Source: a virus. From it: a DNA stretch of 64,000 nt. The position numbers were made by a program, and so were the translations under genes. Below the pieces are notes generated by a model, which made no database searches, had not been told where the DNA came from, and saw only the letters and a program-made list of their open reading frames with translations. The stretch lies in IMG/VR virus record IMGVR_UViG_3300043409_001462, positions 96,001 through 160,000 of that record. One strand, 5' to 3'. Positions within the stretch are counted from its first letter, which is position 1, and each line of letters opens with the position of its first letter. Below, piece after piece: positions 35,655 through 46,128 of this stretch.

Positions 35655-35868
35655 AACAGATGACGACAACGACTTCGGTTTTTCTTTCTCGCATACCGAA
35701 GATATTAAAATAGAAGCCAACGATAAAGTTGAAGGGTTGAGAAAGATGATTATGCCTCTACTCAACAATCTAATGAAGAACCCAGACAAGGACACAATTG
35801 TTTGGCCAGATCGCGAAAAGAAAATTAAAGCATTCATCAAAAAGATGGATGACTATATTAACTCTTGA
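35647..35868 (+). CDS. Conserved hypothetical protein
   Basis: DFGFSF...PLLNNLMKNPDKDTIVWPDR. Confidence 0.65.
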   Translation: MAKTDDDNDFGFSFSHTEDIKIEANDKVEGLRKMIMPLLNNLMKNPDKDTIVWPDREKKIKAFIKKMDDYINS

Positions 35869-35917
35869 CAAATACAATAATATAAGCTATACTAATAATA
35901 TTACATAGGAGAACAAT

Positions 35918-36958
35918 ATGTCGCTTAAAGATCGTTTGATTAAGAACTCTACTATTGATTTGACTTCTACTCTTGAAGATAGCAAGATCTTCACCAAGAA
36001 GGATATGATTCCTACCTCTGTACCTATGATCAACGTTGCGTTGTCAGGGTCAGTTGATGGCGGTATTACTCCTGGTCTAACCATGCTTGCAGGTCCGTCA
36101 AAGCATTTCAAAACTGGTTTTGCTTTGCTACTCGCCTCAGCTTTTCTAAAGAAGTATAAAGATGGAATTATTCTCTTTTATGATTCTGAGTTTGGTACTC
36201 CTCAGTCTTATTTTCAAACGTTTAATATTCCTTTCGATTCTGTGGTGCATACACCGATTACTGATATCGAAGAGCTAAAGTTCGATATCATGCAGCAGAT
36301 GAAAGAACTAGGTCGTGATGATCATTGTATGATTGTTATTGACTCTATCGGTAATCTTGCTTCAAAGAAGGAAGTCGAAGACGCTCTTGATGGTAAGTCT
36401 GTTGCTGATATGACTCGTGCCAAGCAGCTTAAGTCATTGTTCCGTATGATTACACCTCATCTGACTCTCAAGGATATTCCTATGGCTGTAATCAATCATA
36501 CGTATAAGGAAATTGGTCTCTATCCCAAGGATATCGTTGGCGGTGGTACAGGCTCGTATTATGGTTCAGACAACATCTGGATCCTTGGGCGTCAACAGGA
36601 AAAGGATAGCGATGGTATTTCGGGTTATCATTTCGTAATTAATGTGGAGAAGTCAAGATATGTCAGAGAAAAGTCAAAGATTCCTATCACTGTTTCATTC
36701 GAAGGAGGTATTAATCGCTGGTCTGGCTTGCTTGATGTCGCTCTTGATGGTGGCTACATTGTTAAACCTAAAAATGGATGGTATGCTACGGTGGATAGAG
36801 ATACTGGCGAAGTTCGTCAGCCCTCAATGAGAGCTGGTGATATTGTTGACAATGGCGAATTTTGGAAAAATATGTTTTTGTCAACTGACTTTTCTAAGTA
36901 TATTGAGAACAAATATAAGATGTCTATGGGTCCAATTATGGAGAGTGATGATGAGTAA
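35918..36958 (+). CDS. uvsX: RecA-like recombinase UvsX
   Basis: AGPSKHFKT, YDSEFG, IDSIGNLAS, KSVADMTRAK; promoter TTGACA-N17-TATACT at 35865-35893. Confidence 0.95.
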   Translation: MSLKDRLIKNSTIDLTSTLEDSKIFTKKDMIPTSVPMINVALSGSVDGGITPGLTMLAGPSKHFKTGFALLLASAFLKKYKDGIILFYDSEFGTPQSYFQTFNIPFDSVVHTPITDIEELKFDIMQQMKELGRDDHCMIVIDSIGNLASKKEVEDALDGKSVADMTRAKQLKSLFRMITPHLTLKDIPMAVINHTYKEIGLYPKDIVGGGTGSYYGSDNIWILGRQQEKDSDGISGYHFVINVEKSRYVREKSKIPITVSFEGGINRWSGLLDVALDGGYIVKPKNGWYATVDRDTGEVRQPSMRAGDIVDNGEFWKNMFLSTDFSKYIENKYKMSMGPIMESDDE

Positions 36959-37172
36959 GGTACTGTCTGAATTTTGGAGTGATGATAATTACAAGAAAGC
37001 TTTGGTTTGTGTTGATGCTAAAACTCAATGCTATTTTATTGAGTGTTACGATGTACATCTTAGTGGATTAAAGATTGTAGATACAATTTCTTTTCCTGGT
37101 AGGAGCCTTAGATATGCAGAAGATGCAGCTGAGAACTTTATACTTGGTATACTAAATGTCAAAGCTTCTTAA
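36948..37172 (+). CDS. Small hypothetical protein
   Basis: SLRYAEDAAENFILG. Confidence 0.55.
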   Translation: MMSKVLSEFWSDDNYKKALVCVDAKTQCYFIECYDVHLSGLKIVDTISFPGRSLRYAEDAAENFILGILNVKAS

Positions 37173-37259
37173 TTATACAGCTCCATTAAGATCCTCGGTG
37201 GAAGTGGGTTCACCGAGGTTGGCGAAATTTGCAAAAGACGTAACGGAGAATAGATGGAC

Positions 37260-38696
37260 ATGGCGATTGAAAATGCGATTTTTGGGAACCTGGTATACAA
37301 TGAAGAATACGCTCGCAAGTGCATACCCTTTCTCAAAGAGGAATATTTCTCTACGCAGGATCAAAAAGCGTTATTCCGACTCATTAAAGAATACGTAGAC
37401 AAATATAATTCTTTCCCCACCAAAGAAGTTATGGCTATTGACTTGTCTAACACTGATGGCATAAGCGAAGATACCTTTAAGAACTGTAAGGAGTTAATCA
37501 GTGGTCTCACGCATGACAAAGAAACCCAAGTCGATTGGCTCTTGGACCAAACAGAGAAATTCTGTCAAGACAAAGCAATCTATAATGCGATCATGGCGTC
37601 AATCGGGATTCTTGATGATAGCTCTGGGAAAACCTCAAAGGGGTCAATACCTCAGATACTCTCCGATGCACTTGCTGTATCGTTTGACACACATATTGGT
37701 CATGACTTCCTTGAAGACTCGGATACACGCTATGAGTTCTATCACACCAAGGAAAGTCGTATCCCGTTCGACCTCGAGTACCTTAACAAAGCAACGAATG
37801 GCGGGTTGCCTAAGAAAACGCTCAACATTGCTCTAGCAGGCACTGGCGTTGGTAAGTCTCTATTTATGTGTCATTGTGCAGCATCTAACCTTGTAAATGG
37901 TTTGAATGTGCTGTACATTACGATGGAGATGGCGGAAGAAAAGATCGCAGAGCGTATTGACGCCAACCTGCTTGACACCCCTATTGATCAACTAGCATTA
38001 TTACCCAAGGACGTTTACGATAAAAAGGTTGAGCGTATTCGTAAAAAGACAGCGGGTAAGTTGATCGTGAAGGAGTACCCTACAGCATGCGCAGGTTCGG
38101 CTAACTTCCGCCATCTTCTAAACGAACTTAAGTTGAAGAAAAACTTTGTACCCGATATTATCTATATCGATTATCTAAACATTTGTATGTCATCGAGGAT
38201 TAAAAATGGAGCCAACGTCAATTCTTATACCCTTGTCAAAGCCATTGCAGAAGAACTGCGAGGACTTGCAGTGGAGTTCAATGTTCCTGTCGTCTCTGCG
38301 ACTCAAACAACTCGAAGCGGATATTCGAACAGCGACGTGGGACTGGAAGATACGTCAGAGTCCTTCGGACTCCCAGCCACAGCTGATTTTATGTTTGCAC
38401 TCATCGCGTCCGAAGAACTTACTGACCTCGGTCAAATTATGGTTAAACAGCTCAAGAATCGCTATAATGATCCAGGGGTGTATACTAAGTTTTGTGTTGG
38501 TGTGGATCGCAGCAAGATGCGGCTATACAATGTAGAACAGTCTGCTCAGGAAGATATTCTCGATGGTCCTAAAAAGAAAAAAGATCGAGATGAAGACAAG
38601 TCTGTATTTGATAATGGTAAGTTTATGACGGAAGACCTAGAACGTAGTAAGCCTAAACAGAAGTTTGATAAAAACAAATTTGCGGGGTTCAAATGA
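37260..38696 (+). CDS. 41: Replicative helicase gp41
   Basis: LAGTGVGKS, YITMEMAEE, IYIDYLNIC, SATQTTR, SESFGLPATAD, KQLKNRY. Confidence 0.96.
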   Translation: MAIENAIFGNLVYNEEYARKCIPFLKEEYFSTQDQKALFRLIKEYVDKYNSFPTKEVMAIDLSNTDGISEDTFKNCKELISGLTHDKETQVDWLLDQTEKFCQDKAIYNAIMASIGILDDSSGKTSKGSIPQILSDALAVSFDTHIGHDFLEDSDTRYEFYHTKESRIPFDLEYLNKATNGGLPKKTLNIALAGTGVGKSLFMCHCAASNLVNGLNVLYITMEMAEEKIAERIDANLLDTPIDQLALLPKDVYDKKVERIRKKTAGKLIVKEYPTACAGSANFRHLLNELKLKKNFVPDIIYIDYLNICMSSRIKNGANVNSYTLVKAIAEELRGLAVEFNVPVVSATQTTRSGYSNSDVGLEDTSESFGLPATADFMFALIASEELTDLGQIMVKQLKNRYNDPGVYTKFCVGVDRSKMRLYNVEQSAQEDILDGPKKKKDRDEDKSVFDNGKFMTEDLERSKPKQKFDKNKFAGFK

Positions 38697-38902
38697 GCAA
38701 GCGTAAGATGACATATAATCTAGTCGAAGGCAAAGATAAGTCTATGTACGATGTACTAGAGGAAACTACATCTCAGGTAATCAAATCGTTCCCTGGAGAT
38801 AAATTTCTAGAAGCAAAATCATTCATGCGCCACTTAAACCTTGGTGGTGGATTCGATGGTTGGACTCCATCATTTTTGTTAAAAAAAATTAAAAATGCTT
38901 GA
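38693..38902 (+). CDS. Conserved hypothetical protein
   Basis: LNLGGGFDGWTPSF motif. Confidence 0.65.
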   Translation: MSKRKMTYNLVEGKDKSMYDVLEETTSQVIKSFPGDKFLEAKSFMRHLNLGGGFDGWTPSFLLKKIKNA

Positions 38903-38920
38903 AAAAACATCGTTACGTTG

Positions 38921-39066
38921 TATAAATAATCTCAGAAATGATATGTATTACGTTTAACGTATGAGGCACGAGGCTAATTAGGCTACGGAATAGTTGAGAG
39001 AAAACGGTGGGGTTCCGCTCAACCATATCAATCTGTTTTGGGGGGATCGAAAGGTCCTCCCTTTTT
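38921..39066 (+). ncRNA. Candidate late-expressed small RNA with own promoter and terminator
   Basis: TATAAATA, then GATATG...CATATC-closed ~90 nt structure, then GGGGGATC-GAAA-GGTCCTCC-T-run. Confidence 0.55.
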
Positions 39067-39096
39067 ATTTTATAAATATATTAAAACGGGGTAACT

Positions 39097-40455
39097 ATGT
39101 CTTATAACTATAATCAATTAACAGTATCTGCAAAAAAAGCTGTTAGCTTGATCATAAGCAGTGGGGTCCCAGCTTCAATTAAAACTTCTAGGTATCAAAC
39201 GCAAATTAAAGCCGTTGAAGTTTCGTATAAAGGCAATTTAGGCGATTTGTTAGAAGCTTCAGGGTTGATAGGCACCTTAACAGATTTATCTTCTATAGAA
39301 GAAAAAAATATATCAGGAAAATATAAAGCTAAGTTGTTTACCACAGCAAAAGCTGCCAAAGCTTTTTCGAAAGAAGAGTCATTTTTTATTGTTAATACCT
39401 TTACTGAAAAAGGTAGTCTTAAAACAAAAGATTTAGCACCAGATAAACTCGGGTTAACTGCATATACGGATATCAGGAGTTTTGATAAAGCTATATCTTC
39501 TGGCATCGAATATCTAGCAGTTGACGAAGCTATTAAATTCGTATTGGGTTCTTTACATTACGATATACGACAATTTAAATCAAACAACTCTGATGTCGTG
39601 CCTTTTAGTAAAGAAACTAAAGAGCTTATGTCTGTAACAAAACCTCAAGACAGACAAGCCATCGGTAAAGATTTCGGAGAGATACTTTCCCTACGTTGGT
39701 ATATCACGCAAAAATTTGCACAACCAGTAACGAAATTTGGATTTTCGGCTGTTAGTAACGAAGCACTCGTAGATTTTTATGTCGTTCATGGTAAAATAAC
39801 TTCAAATGTGTCGGCTAAGTTTGAAGCTGGTGCTGCGCCTTCTATTGGTTCTATTGTAAAAAATATTGATAAAGTATACAAATCTCCAACGAGCGAAGAG
39901 AAAAAAGCAATTGACGTTTTGAAAGCTCTCGCGAGTGAAAAAGATAACACTTCAACTAAAATACTCAACGCATATAAAACGTTGAAATTACCAGCATTAG
40001 CTAAATTAAATACCATTCTAAAAAAGAACAGTGTAGAATTGAAAGATATTAACGAACATATTCAATCTATTGCAAAAAGTGGCAGTAAAGCTGCGAATAG
40101 AATAAAATTATTTAAAATTAAATTTGATTCGGTTTATACACTATTAAACAAAACTGCATCCGAAGATTCTTTAAACACAGTATTTTATAATGAAACATAT
40201 CCAAAACCATATTATTCATTATTGTTATCACCAATGGGTTACGCATTAGTTGATTATATGAATAAAACTCCTATCTATCAGGACATACTCAATAATATAA
40301 GTAGGAGTATGAAAACAGAACAAGTGTATTTAAATTTCACCTCAAGCGGTATGAAGTTTGAAAAAAAACTCTTTTCAAAAGCAGAATTTAAATTTGCATA
40401 TGGAGCTAATGCAAAAGATGCAAACAATACTGGCATTAAGTTCTCTATGAAATAA
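39097..40455 (+). CDS. Late hypothetical protein (452 aa)
   Basis: Long ORF after TATAAATA; KDFGEI...DF...VSAK resembles a PD-(D/E)xK nuclease pattern (weak). Confidence 0.65.
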   Translation: MSYNYNQLTVSAKKAVSLIISSGVPASIKTSRYQTQIKAVEVSYKGNLGDLLEASGLIGTLTDLSSIEEKNISGKYKAKLFTTAKAAKAFSKEESFFIVNTFTEKGSLKTKDLAPDKLGLTAYTDIRSFDKAISSGIEYLAVDEAIKFVLGSLHYDIRQFKSNNSDVVPFSKETKELMSVTKPQDRQAIGKDFGEILSLRWYITQKFAQPVTKFGFSAVSNEALVDFYVVHGKITSNVSAKFEAGAAPSIGSIVKNIDKVYKSPTSEEKKAIDVLKALASEKDNTSTKILNAYKTLKLPALAKLNTILKKNSVELKDINEHIQSIAKSGSKAANRIKLFKIKFDSVYTLLNKTASEDSLNTVFYNETYPKPYYSLLLSPMGYALVDYMNKTPIYQDILNNISRSMKTEQVYLNFTSSGMKFEKKLFSKAEFKFAYGANAKDANNTGIKFSMK

Positions 40456-40469
40456 TAAAAAGGCATAAT

Positions 40470-42530
40470 ATGTTAAAGTTCAATACTTACTTATTAGAAT
40501 CATTAGATATCGAGAAGCTTAAACATCTTGAGCATCTCGAAGACCATATAATTCATGGTGGCCATGAAGGTGTAATACACGCCTCTGAAACGTTATCTGA
40601 TGTGGTTGGAATTCTAGAGGGTAAGCCAAGAAAAAACTTCAATCAACAAACTAGAATAACAACAAAGTATGATGGCGCTCCATCTATTGTATTCGGTATC
40701 AATCCAGAAAATGGTAAGTTCTTTGTTGCATCTAAGTCAGCATTCAATAAAAATCCAAAGATAAACTACAACGACAGAGATATCGAAGAGAACCATGGTC
40801 ATGCTCCTGGACTTGTAGAAAAACTAAAGCTAGCTTTGAAAGAGCTACCAAAAATTATGCCAAAGTCAGGTGTGTTTCAAGGCGACTTAATGTATGGTAA
40901 GGAAGATCTATCAAAGAACGAAAATGGCACTTATAGCTTTACACCTAACACAATTACATATACTACAGATAATCCCGAACAAACTCGTAGCGCTGAAGTA
41001 GCAAACATTGGTGTCGTAGTTCACTCTAGATATACTGGTAAAACATTAGCTGATGCAAAGGTAAGCTTTGATGTTGATCAAAGCCAGTTCAAACGTAATC
41101 CTGACGTTCATATGGTTAATCCAGAAATATCTGGAGCCAATATCAAACCTGTTGAAAAGAAAAAGTACGAAGCAGAACTTCAGCAAGCAACAGATATCTA
41201 TAAAACATTAGACGATGATTTCTTTAATATCGTCGACGGTCATAACGACACATTGAAAATGTATATCAATTCATGTGTAAGAAATAAAAGCGTTCCTGAA
41301 GGTAAAGGTTATCTAGCTTTCGTTAAAGATAGAGCTGACAAAGAAGTAGAAAAAGCAAAGTCTGCAGATGGTAAAACTAAGAAGAAAGCTGCGTCAGCTG
41401 CTATTACTTCACATGTCAAAAACCATATGGATCAATTTAATAGTTTGTTTAGATTACATTACTCTTTACAGCAAGCGAAAGATACATTAACAACTGCATT
41501 ATCTACCACTGTCAACACAGGATTTAAAACTACACTCGGTGGTAAACCAGCAAAGCAAGAAGGCTTCGTTGCTATTCGTGGTGGAAGACCAACTAAACTA
41601 GTTGATCGTGCAGAGTTCAGTGCTGCTAATTTCTCTGGTGGCTCATTCCAGAAAGCAGCAAAAGAAGAAGAAGCTGCTGCTGAAGATTTAAATCCAGTTG
41701 TTACTGCATGGGGAAGAATGAATCCTCCAACTCATGCTGGTCATGGAGCTGTTGTTGGTAAAGTAATGGACCTAGCTAAAGAGTTAAAGGCTCCACATTC
41801 TATTGCTCTTACTAGATCACAAGATCCAGAAAAGAACCCACTATCACCAGAACAAAAACTAAAGCATGCCAAGCGTATGTTCCCTGGTGCTAATGTAATG
41901 ATAGCTGATGAAGATGCTAAAACAGTTATTGAACATATTAAGAAACTAAATCAAAAAGGTCACAAGCATCTTGCTTTGGTTGTTGGTTCTGATCGTGTAG
42001 AACAGATGCAAAAGCTTCTTGATCAGTATAATGGTAAAGAGTATAAGTTCAAAAAGATAGATGTTGTATCAGCTGGTCAGCGAGATATGGATGCTGATGT
42101 TGATGAAGAAGATGAAAAGCCATCTAAAGATGAAACACCACAGCAGAGAAAAGAGCGTGAAGAAAAGAAACGTCGTAAAATGTCTGCTTCTAAAATGCGT
42201 GGACATGCTATCAAAGGTAAATATCAAGACTTCAAATCAGGTATGCATCCAGATGCTCCAGAAGAACATACTCGTGAAATGTATGATGAAGTTCGCCAGG
42301 GTATGAATATCGATATTGGACCAAATACATCTGGTATATCATTAGCTCGATACGCTAAACGTAAAGATCCTATTGGTATGAAAGCTCGTAGAGAAATGAA
42401 GCGTAGAGAAATAGTTAAGCAACAAGAAATTAACACGAAACAAGCGAAAAAACCAGTTAAGCCATCAGATAAACCAAAAGTAGCTGGTTTTAAGCAGTTT
42501 TCTCCTGCTAAGAAAATCGTAAAAATATAA
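40470..42530 (+). CDS. Fusion of ligase-like (DUF6267-type, KxDG) and HxGH cytidylyltransferase-like domains
   Basis: HLEHLED, TKYDGAPS, FQGDLMY, EGFV, KLVDR; then WGRMNPPTHAGH, KNPL, VVGSDR, VVSAGQRD, MSASKMR. Confidence 0.75.
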   Translation: MLKFNTYLLESLDIEKLKHLEHLEDHIIHGGHEGVIHASETLSDVVGILEGKPRKNFNQQTRITTKYDGAPSIVFGINPENGKFFVASKSAFNKNPKINYNDRDIEENHGHAPGLVEKLKLALKELPKIMPKSGVFQGDLMYGKEDLSKNENGTYSFTPNTITYTTDNPEQTRSAEVANIGVVVHSRYTGKTLADAKVSFDVDQSQFKRNPDVHMVNPEISGANIKPVEKKKYEAELQQATDIYKTLDDDFFNIVDGHNDTLKMYINSCVRNKSVPEGKGYLAFVKDRADKEVEKAKSADGKTKKKAASAAITSHVKNHMDQFNSLFRLHYSLQQAKDTLTTALSTTVNTGFKTTLGGKPAKQEGFVAIRGGRPTKLVDRAEFSAANFSGGSFQKAAKEEEAAAEDLNPVVTAWGRMNPPTHAGHGAVVGKVMDLAKELKAPHSIALTRSQDPEKNPLSPEQKLKHAKRMFPGANVMIADEDAKTVIEHIKKLNQKGHKHLALVVGSDRVEQMQKLLDQYNGKEYKFKKIDVVSAGQRDMDADVDEEDEKPSKDETPQQRKEREEKKRRKMSASKMRGHAIKGKYQDFKSGMHPDAPEEHTREMYDEVRQGMNIDIGPNTSGISLARYAKRKDPIGMKARREMKRREIVKQQEINTKQAKKPVKPSDKPKVAGFKQFSPAKKIVKI

Positions 42531-42598
42531 ATAGAAAGTTCGCAGAAAGCTACGGCAACCCTGCAATTGTTCAATGGTTAAGCCCAAGGGAAACACCA

Positions 42599-43777
42599 AT
42601 GTTAAAAGATACAAGTCTCCAAACTAGTCCTCAGCTAGCTCTTGTAGAGCAACCAAGGGTTGTCGTAGCCCTTTCTACTAAACAGGTTATATCACTTTTT
42701 AAAAAATCAGAATACTCACATATTCCTTTTGACACTTTGAAAGAAGTATATCAAAGAGGTTATTCACAAAGTTTATCCGAGCAAATTGCATACAATAGAG
42801 TTAATTCATTTATTGCAGGTGGTGCAGCGATGGAAATTGATCAAGATTTAGTAGAAGGTCTCAAAACAACAGGTCGCAAAGACTTACATGGAAAAGATTC
42901 TAGACTTCATCATAAAGAATTAAAAGCATCTGGTTATGTAAGCAAGGGTTCTGATGCGAATTATAAAAATAGTGAAGGAACAGAACACTCTTACTATCAT
43001 CCTAAATCAAATACCATGCATGCATTTCGCGCCAAAGGTGGAAAGATTAATCATGCATATGAATGGACACCAAACATATCTTATGGCAAAGCTCATGGCG
43101 CTGTTGTTCATGAAGAAACTATTAATGAAAAGCGTGGTCTTTGGGATAATATCCATGCAAAGAGAGAACGTATTAAACGTGGCTCTGGCGAAAGCATGCG
43201 TAAGCCAGGATCAAAAGGCGCACCAACAGCTGCTGCGTTAAAAAATTCACAGACAAAAGAAGAATATACAGGCGCTGAAAAAGTGTCTAAGAATTCAGAC
43301 GATGCGTCAAGCCGTTTCGTTGGCGCTAACTCTTTAACTGATGTTTATAAGAAAGCAACACCAGGTTATACTTCTACCGTCAAGCGTGTAGTAAAAGAAA
43401 TGGCTACTCGTGTAAACGAAGGCGACGTAATTAAAACTAAATTCGCCACAAAGAATATGCATAAACGAGGTATTGAAGGACCGCATCCTGTTGTTGGTGA
43501 TGATCTTATGCGTAACTGGGCGCTTCATAAAATGCCTAAAAAATCTCATGATATGCCAGATATTTCATATCATATGGGAACAGCAAGATTCCATAATATG
43601 GAAAAGGGAACACATTTTGATGTTAAAGGCGGCGCTCCAAGAACTACTGTTATTACAAAACATAATAACAAACCTACTCTTGGATTGATAGCTCCAAAAA
43701 GCCCTGTGAGTTTTAAACAAGATAAAGTGAAAAAGAAAAAGGGTAATGTTGTTCCTATTAAAGGTAAAGATAAATAA
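42599..43777 (+). CDS. Putative virion/head protein
   Basis: Late promoter; EVYQRG..NRVNSFI, GLWDNIHAKRERIK modules separated by [ILV]xE sites. Confidence 0.6.
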   Translation: MLKDTSLQTSPQLALVEQPRVVVALSTKQVISLFKKSEYSHIPFDTLKEVYQRGYSQSLSEQIAYNRVNSFIAGGAAMEIDQDLVEGLKTTGRKDLHGKDSRLHHKELKASGYVSKGSDANYKNSEGTEHSYYHPKSNTMHAFRAKGGKINHAYEWTPNISYGKAHGAVVHEETINEKRGLWDNIHAKRERIKRGSGESMRKPGSKGAPTAAALKNSQTKEEYTGAEKVSKNSDDASSRFVGANSLTDVYKKATPGYTSTVKRVVKEMATRVNEGDVIKTKFATKNMHKRGIEGPHPVVGDDLMRNWALHKMPKKSHDMPDISYHMGTARFHNMEKGTHFDVKGGAPRTTVITKHNNKPTLGLIAPKSPVSFKQDKVKKKKGNVVPIKGKDK

Positions 43778-43809
43778 GAATAGTAACTAAAATATAATGG
43801 AGAAAACAA

Positions 43810-44256
43810 ATGGAAATTATGGATTTAATAGTAACAGTAATTGTGGTTGGTTTTGCTGGTTGGCTTGTTTTAGAATTTCTTCTTCCAAAGAAAGATAAAG
43901 TAGAATCAGAAACTAAAATTGAACCTGCAAAGAAAATCGATTCTGACTTTGTTACTGGTTTAACTGTTGAGAAAGTTGAAGAAGTTAAACCTGCACCAGT
44001 TGCATCACTTGAACCAGTGGTTGAAAAAGCAAAAGAAGAAGAAGTTAAGAATGTTGAAACTGCAGTAGTTGAAGAAGCTAAAGAAGCAGCTGCTGAATTG
44101 GTTAAAGAAATTGATCAAGTCTTAGAAGAAGTTAAAGTAACAACTAAGAAAGTTAAGGCTAAGGCAAAGGCTATTGAAGAAGCTATTGAAGAAAAAGCAG
44201 AGCAGTTAGAAGCTGCAGTAAAGAAAACAAGAGCAAAGGCGAAGAAGAATGGATGA
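43810..44256 (+). CDS. Membrane-anchored Lys/Glu/Ala-rich protein
   Basis: N-terminal TM helix then charged low-complexity region. Confidence 0.6.
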   Translation: MEIMDLIVTVIVVGFAGWLVLEFLLPKKDKVESETKIEPAKKIDSDFVTGLTVEKVEEVKPAPVASLEPVVEKAKEEEVKNVETAVVEEAKEAAAELVKEIDQVLEEVKVTTKKVKAKAKAIEEAIEEKAEQLEAAVKKTRAKAKKNG

Positions 44257-44686
44257 ATTAATTGAGCAAATGAAGGTAACTCTTGCTAGTACCTTCTCAT
44301 TCTATTTGAAAGCTCATAATTTTCATTGGAACGTGGAAGGTGCAAACTTTCCACAGTTTCATTCATTCTTTGAAGGGATTTATACTGATGCGTGGGGAGC
44401 AGTTGATGTTATTGCCGAACATCTTCGTACATTAGATGCATATGCTCCTGGTTCACTAAGTCGTTTTGGTGAATTATCTTTAATTAAAGACGAAATCAAT
44501 ATTCCTTCTGCTATCGCTATGATGACTAAGTTAACAACTGATAATGGCACAATGATTGAATTGTTGAATAAAACTCAGGCTCTTGCAGAACAAAATAATA
44601 AAATGGGATTAGCTAACTATCTACAAGATCGCATCGACGCCCACGAAAAACATGGCTGGATGCTACGTTCAATTATAAAGGCATAA
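44249..44686 (+). CDS. dps: Dps ferritin-like DNA protection protein
   Basis: KAHNFHWNVEG..F..FH, D.IAEHLR, HEKHGWML. Confidence 0.92.
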   Translation: MDELIEQMKVTLASTFSFYLKAHNFHWNVEGANFPQFHSFFEGIYTDAWGAVDVIAEHLRTLDAYAPGSLSRFGELSLIKDEINIPSAIAMMTKLTTDNGTMIELLNKTQALAEQNNKMGLANYLQDRIDAHEKHGWMLRSIIKA

Positions 44687-44688
44687 CA

Positions 44689-46128
44689 ATGAGAGACAAT
44701 CGCAGCTTAGAACAAAAGATTAGAAATATCGTACACGAATCAAATCGTAATACAGAGCTACGTAAAAAAGAACCTAATGTTGGTCGCCCAACAGGTGATA
44801 ATAAGCTCGCGAAGCAGGGTCAAATTAAAACTAAAATTATTGATGAAGATAAAGAATGGGAAAAAGATTCAGCTGCTGTAAAAGCTTCTACAGATAAAAA
44901 ATTCGTTAGTAAAATGGCAAACAAATGGGGCGAACGTGGTGGTGCATTTTTAAGTCATCCATCAATCACTGGCTCAGATAAAAGAGAAAAGAAAACAGTA
45001 AAAGAAGACAGCGAATATGGTATGGCTCGTAACGAATTAGAAACAGCCAAGCGTGCTATCGATAGATTAAATGCAAAGATGGGTAAAGGCGAAGGCGAAC
45101 TCGAAGCTTGGGTGCAGTCTAAAATAACTAAAGCCGCTGATTACCTAGACACAGTTGCTGATTATATCGAAAGCGGATCAGTTAAAGAAGAAGTAATTGA
45201 TGAAGACACAGCTGTCGCTAGCGTATCAACTAAAGATACACCAAAAGAACAGCCTGAAAGTAAGAACAAAAAAAAGGATGATGGTAAAGATTTGATGGAA
45301 CCAGGCACCATCAAAGGTGGTAAAACAGAAGTTGATACAGAACCAACAACTGATGATCGCGCTGACGATGGTAAGAAAATTAACAAAAACGAAAAAGCAA
45401 CAAAAGCAGCTAATGCACAGGCTGGCGTCAAGGAGGAAACAATGAACAAAACTAAACATTTCGGACTGCCAGCTGATCTAATTGCAGCAGTTACAGAAGC
45501 ACTTAAGGGTGATCAGCATAAGATTGATGCCAATAAGAATAATAAGATTGATTCTCATGATTTCAAACTTCTTAGAGGTAAGAAGAAGGTTGAAGAAGAA
45601 GTAGAAGAGCTTGATGAACGTGATGCTGGTAATAAAGCTAAGAAAGATGCTGCTGTTGCTTCTGTTGGTGCAGCAAACAAAGACGAAAAGCATCTTACTA
45701 CTAAAGGTACAGGAATTCGTGGTAGCGTAGCTGACAAGATTCGTGGTCGCGAAGTAACTTCTGGCAAGGATCGTATGAAAGAAGAAGTCGAATCGATCGA
45801 AAAGCTTTCAAAAGATACAATGAAATCTTACGAAGAAACTGATCCAGGTTTCTCAGAAGCTGAACTAGCCCGTATCGAAGAAATCGCAAACAACATCGAT
45901 GAAGTAGTAACAGCAAGAAAGCTTACACCAGCTGATAAGGCTGCAAGAGCAAAGTATCTTGAAGGTCATGCAGCAAAAATGGCTGGTATGGCTCATCATG
46001 CTATTAAGGGTGACGCAAAGTCATTCAAAGCTCGTAACACAGAACATGGCGATTATTCAAAAGAGCCAAGTAAAATGGCAGGTATTGGTTTAGATTACAC
46101 TTTAACAAAGCAAGATACCAAAAGATGA
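44689..46128 (+). CDS. Putative internal head polyprotein
   Basis: Highly charged; repeated VKEE/LDE sites; ELEAWVQSKITKAADY; EF-hand-like DANKNNKIDSHD. Confidence 0.55.
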   Translation: MRDNRSLEQKIRNIVHESNRNTELRKKEPNVGRPTGDNKLAKQGQIKTKIIDEDKEWEKDSAAVKASTDKKFVSKMANKWGERGGAFLSHPSITGSDKREKKTVKEDSEYGMARNELETAKRAIDRLNAKMGKGEGELEAWVQSKITKAADYLDTVADYIESGSVKEEVIDEDTAVASVSTKDTPKEQPESKNKKKDDGKDLMEPGTIKGGKTEVDTEPTTDDRADDGKKINKNEKATKAANAQAGVKEETMNKTKHFGLPADLIAAVTEALKGDQHKIDANKNNKIDSHDFKLLRGKKKVEEEVEELDERDAGNKAKKDAAVASVGAANKDEKHLTTKGTGIRGSVADKIRGREVTSGKDRMKEEVESIEKLSKDTMKSYEETDPGFSEAELARIEEIANNIDEVVTARKLTPADKAARAKYLEGHAAKMAGMAHHAIKGDAKSFKARNTEHGDYSKEPSKMAGIGLDYTLTKQDTKR

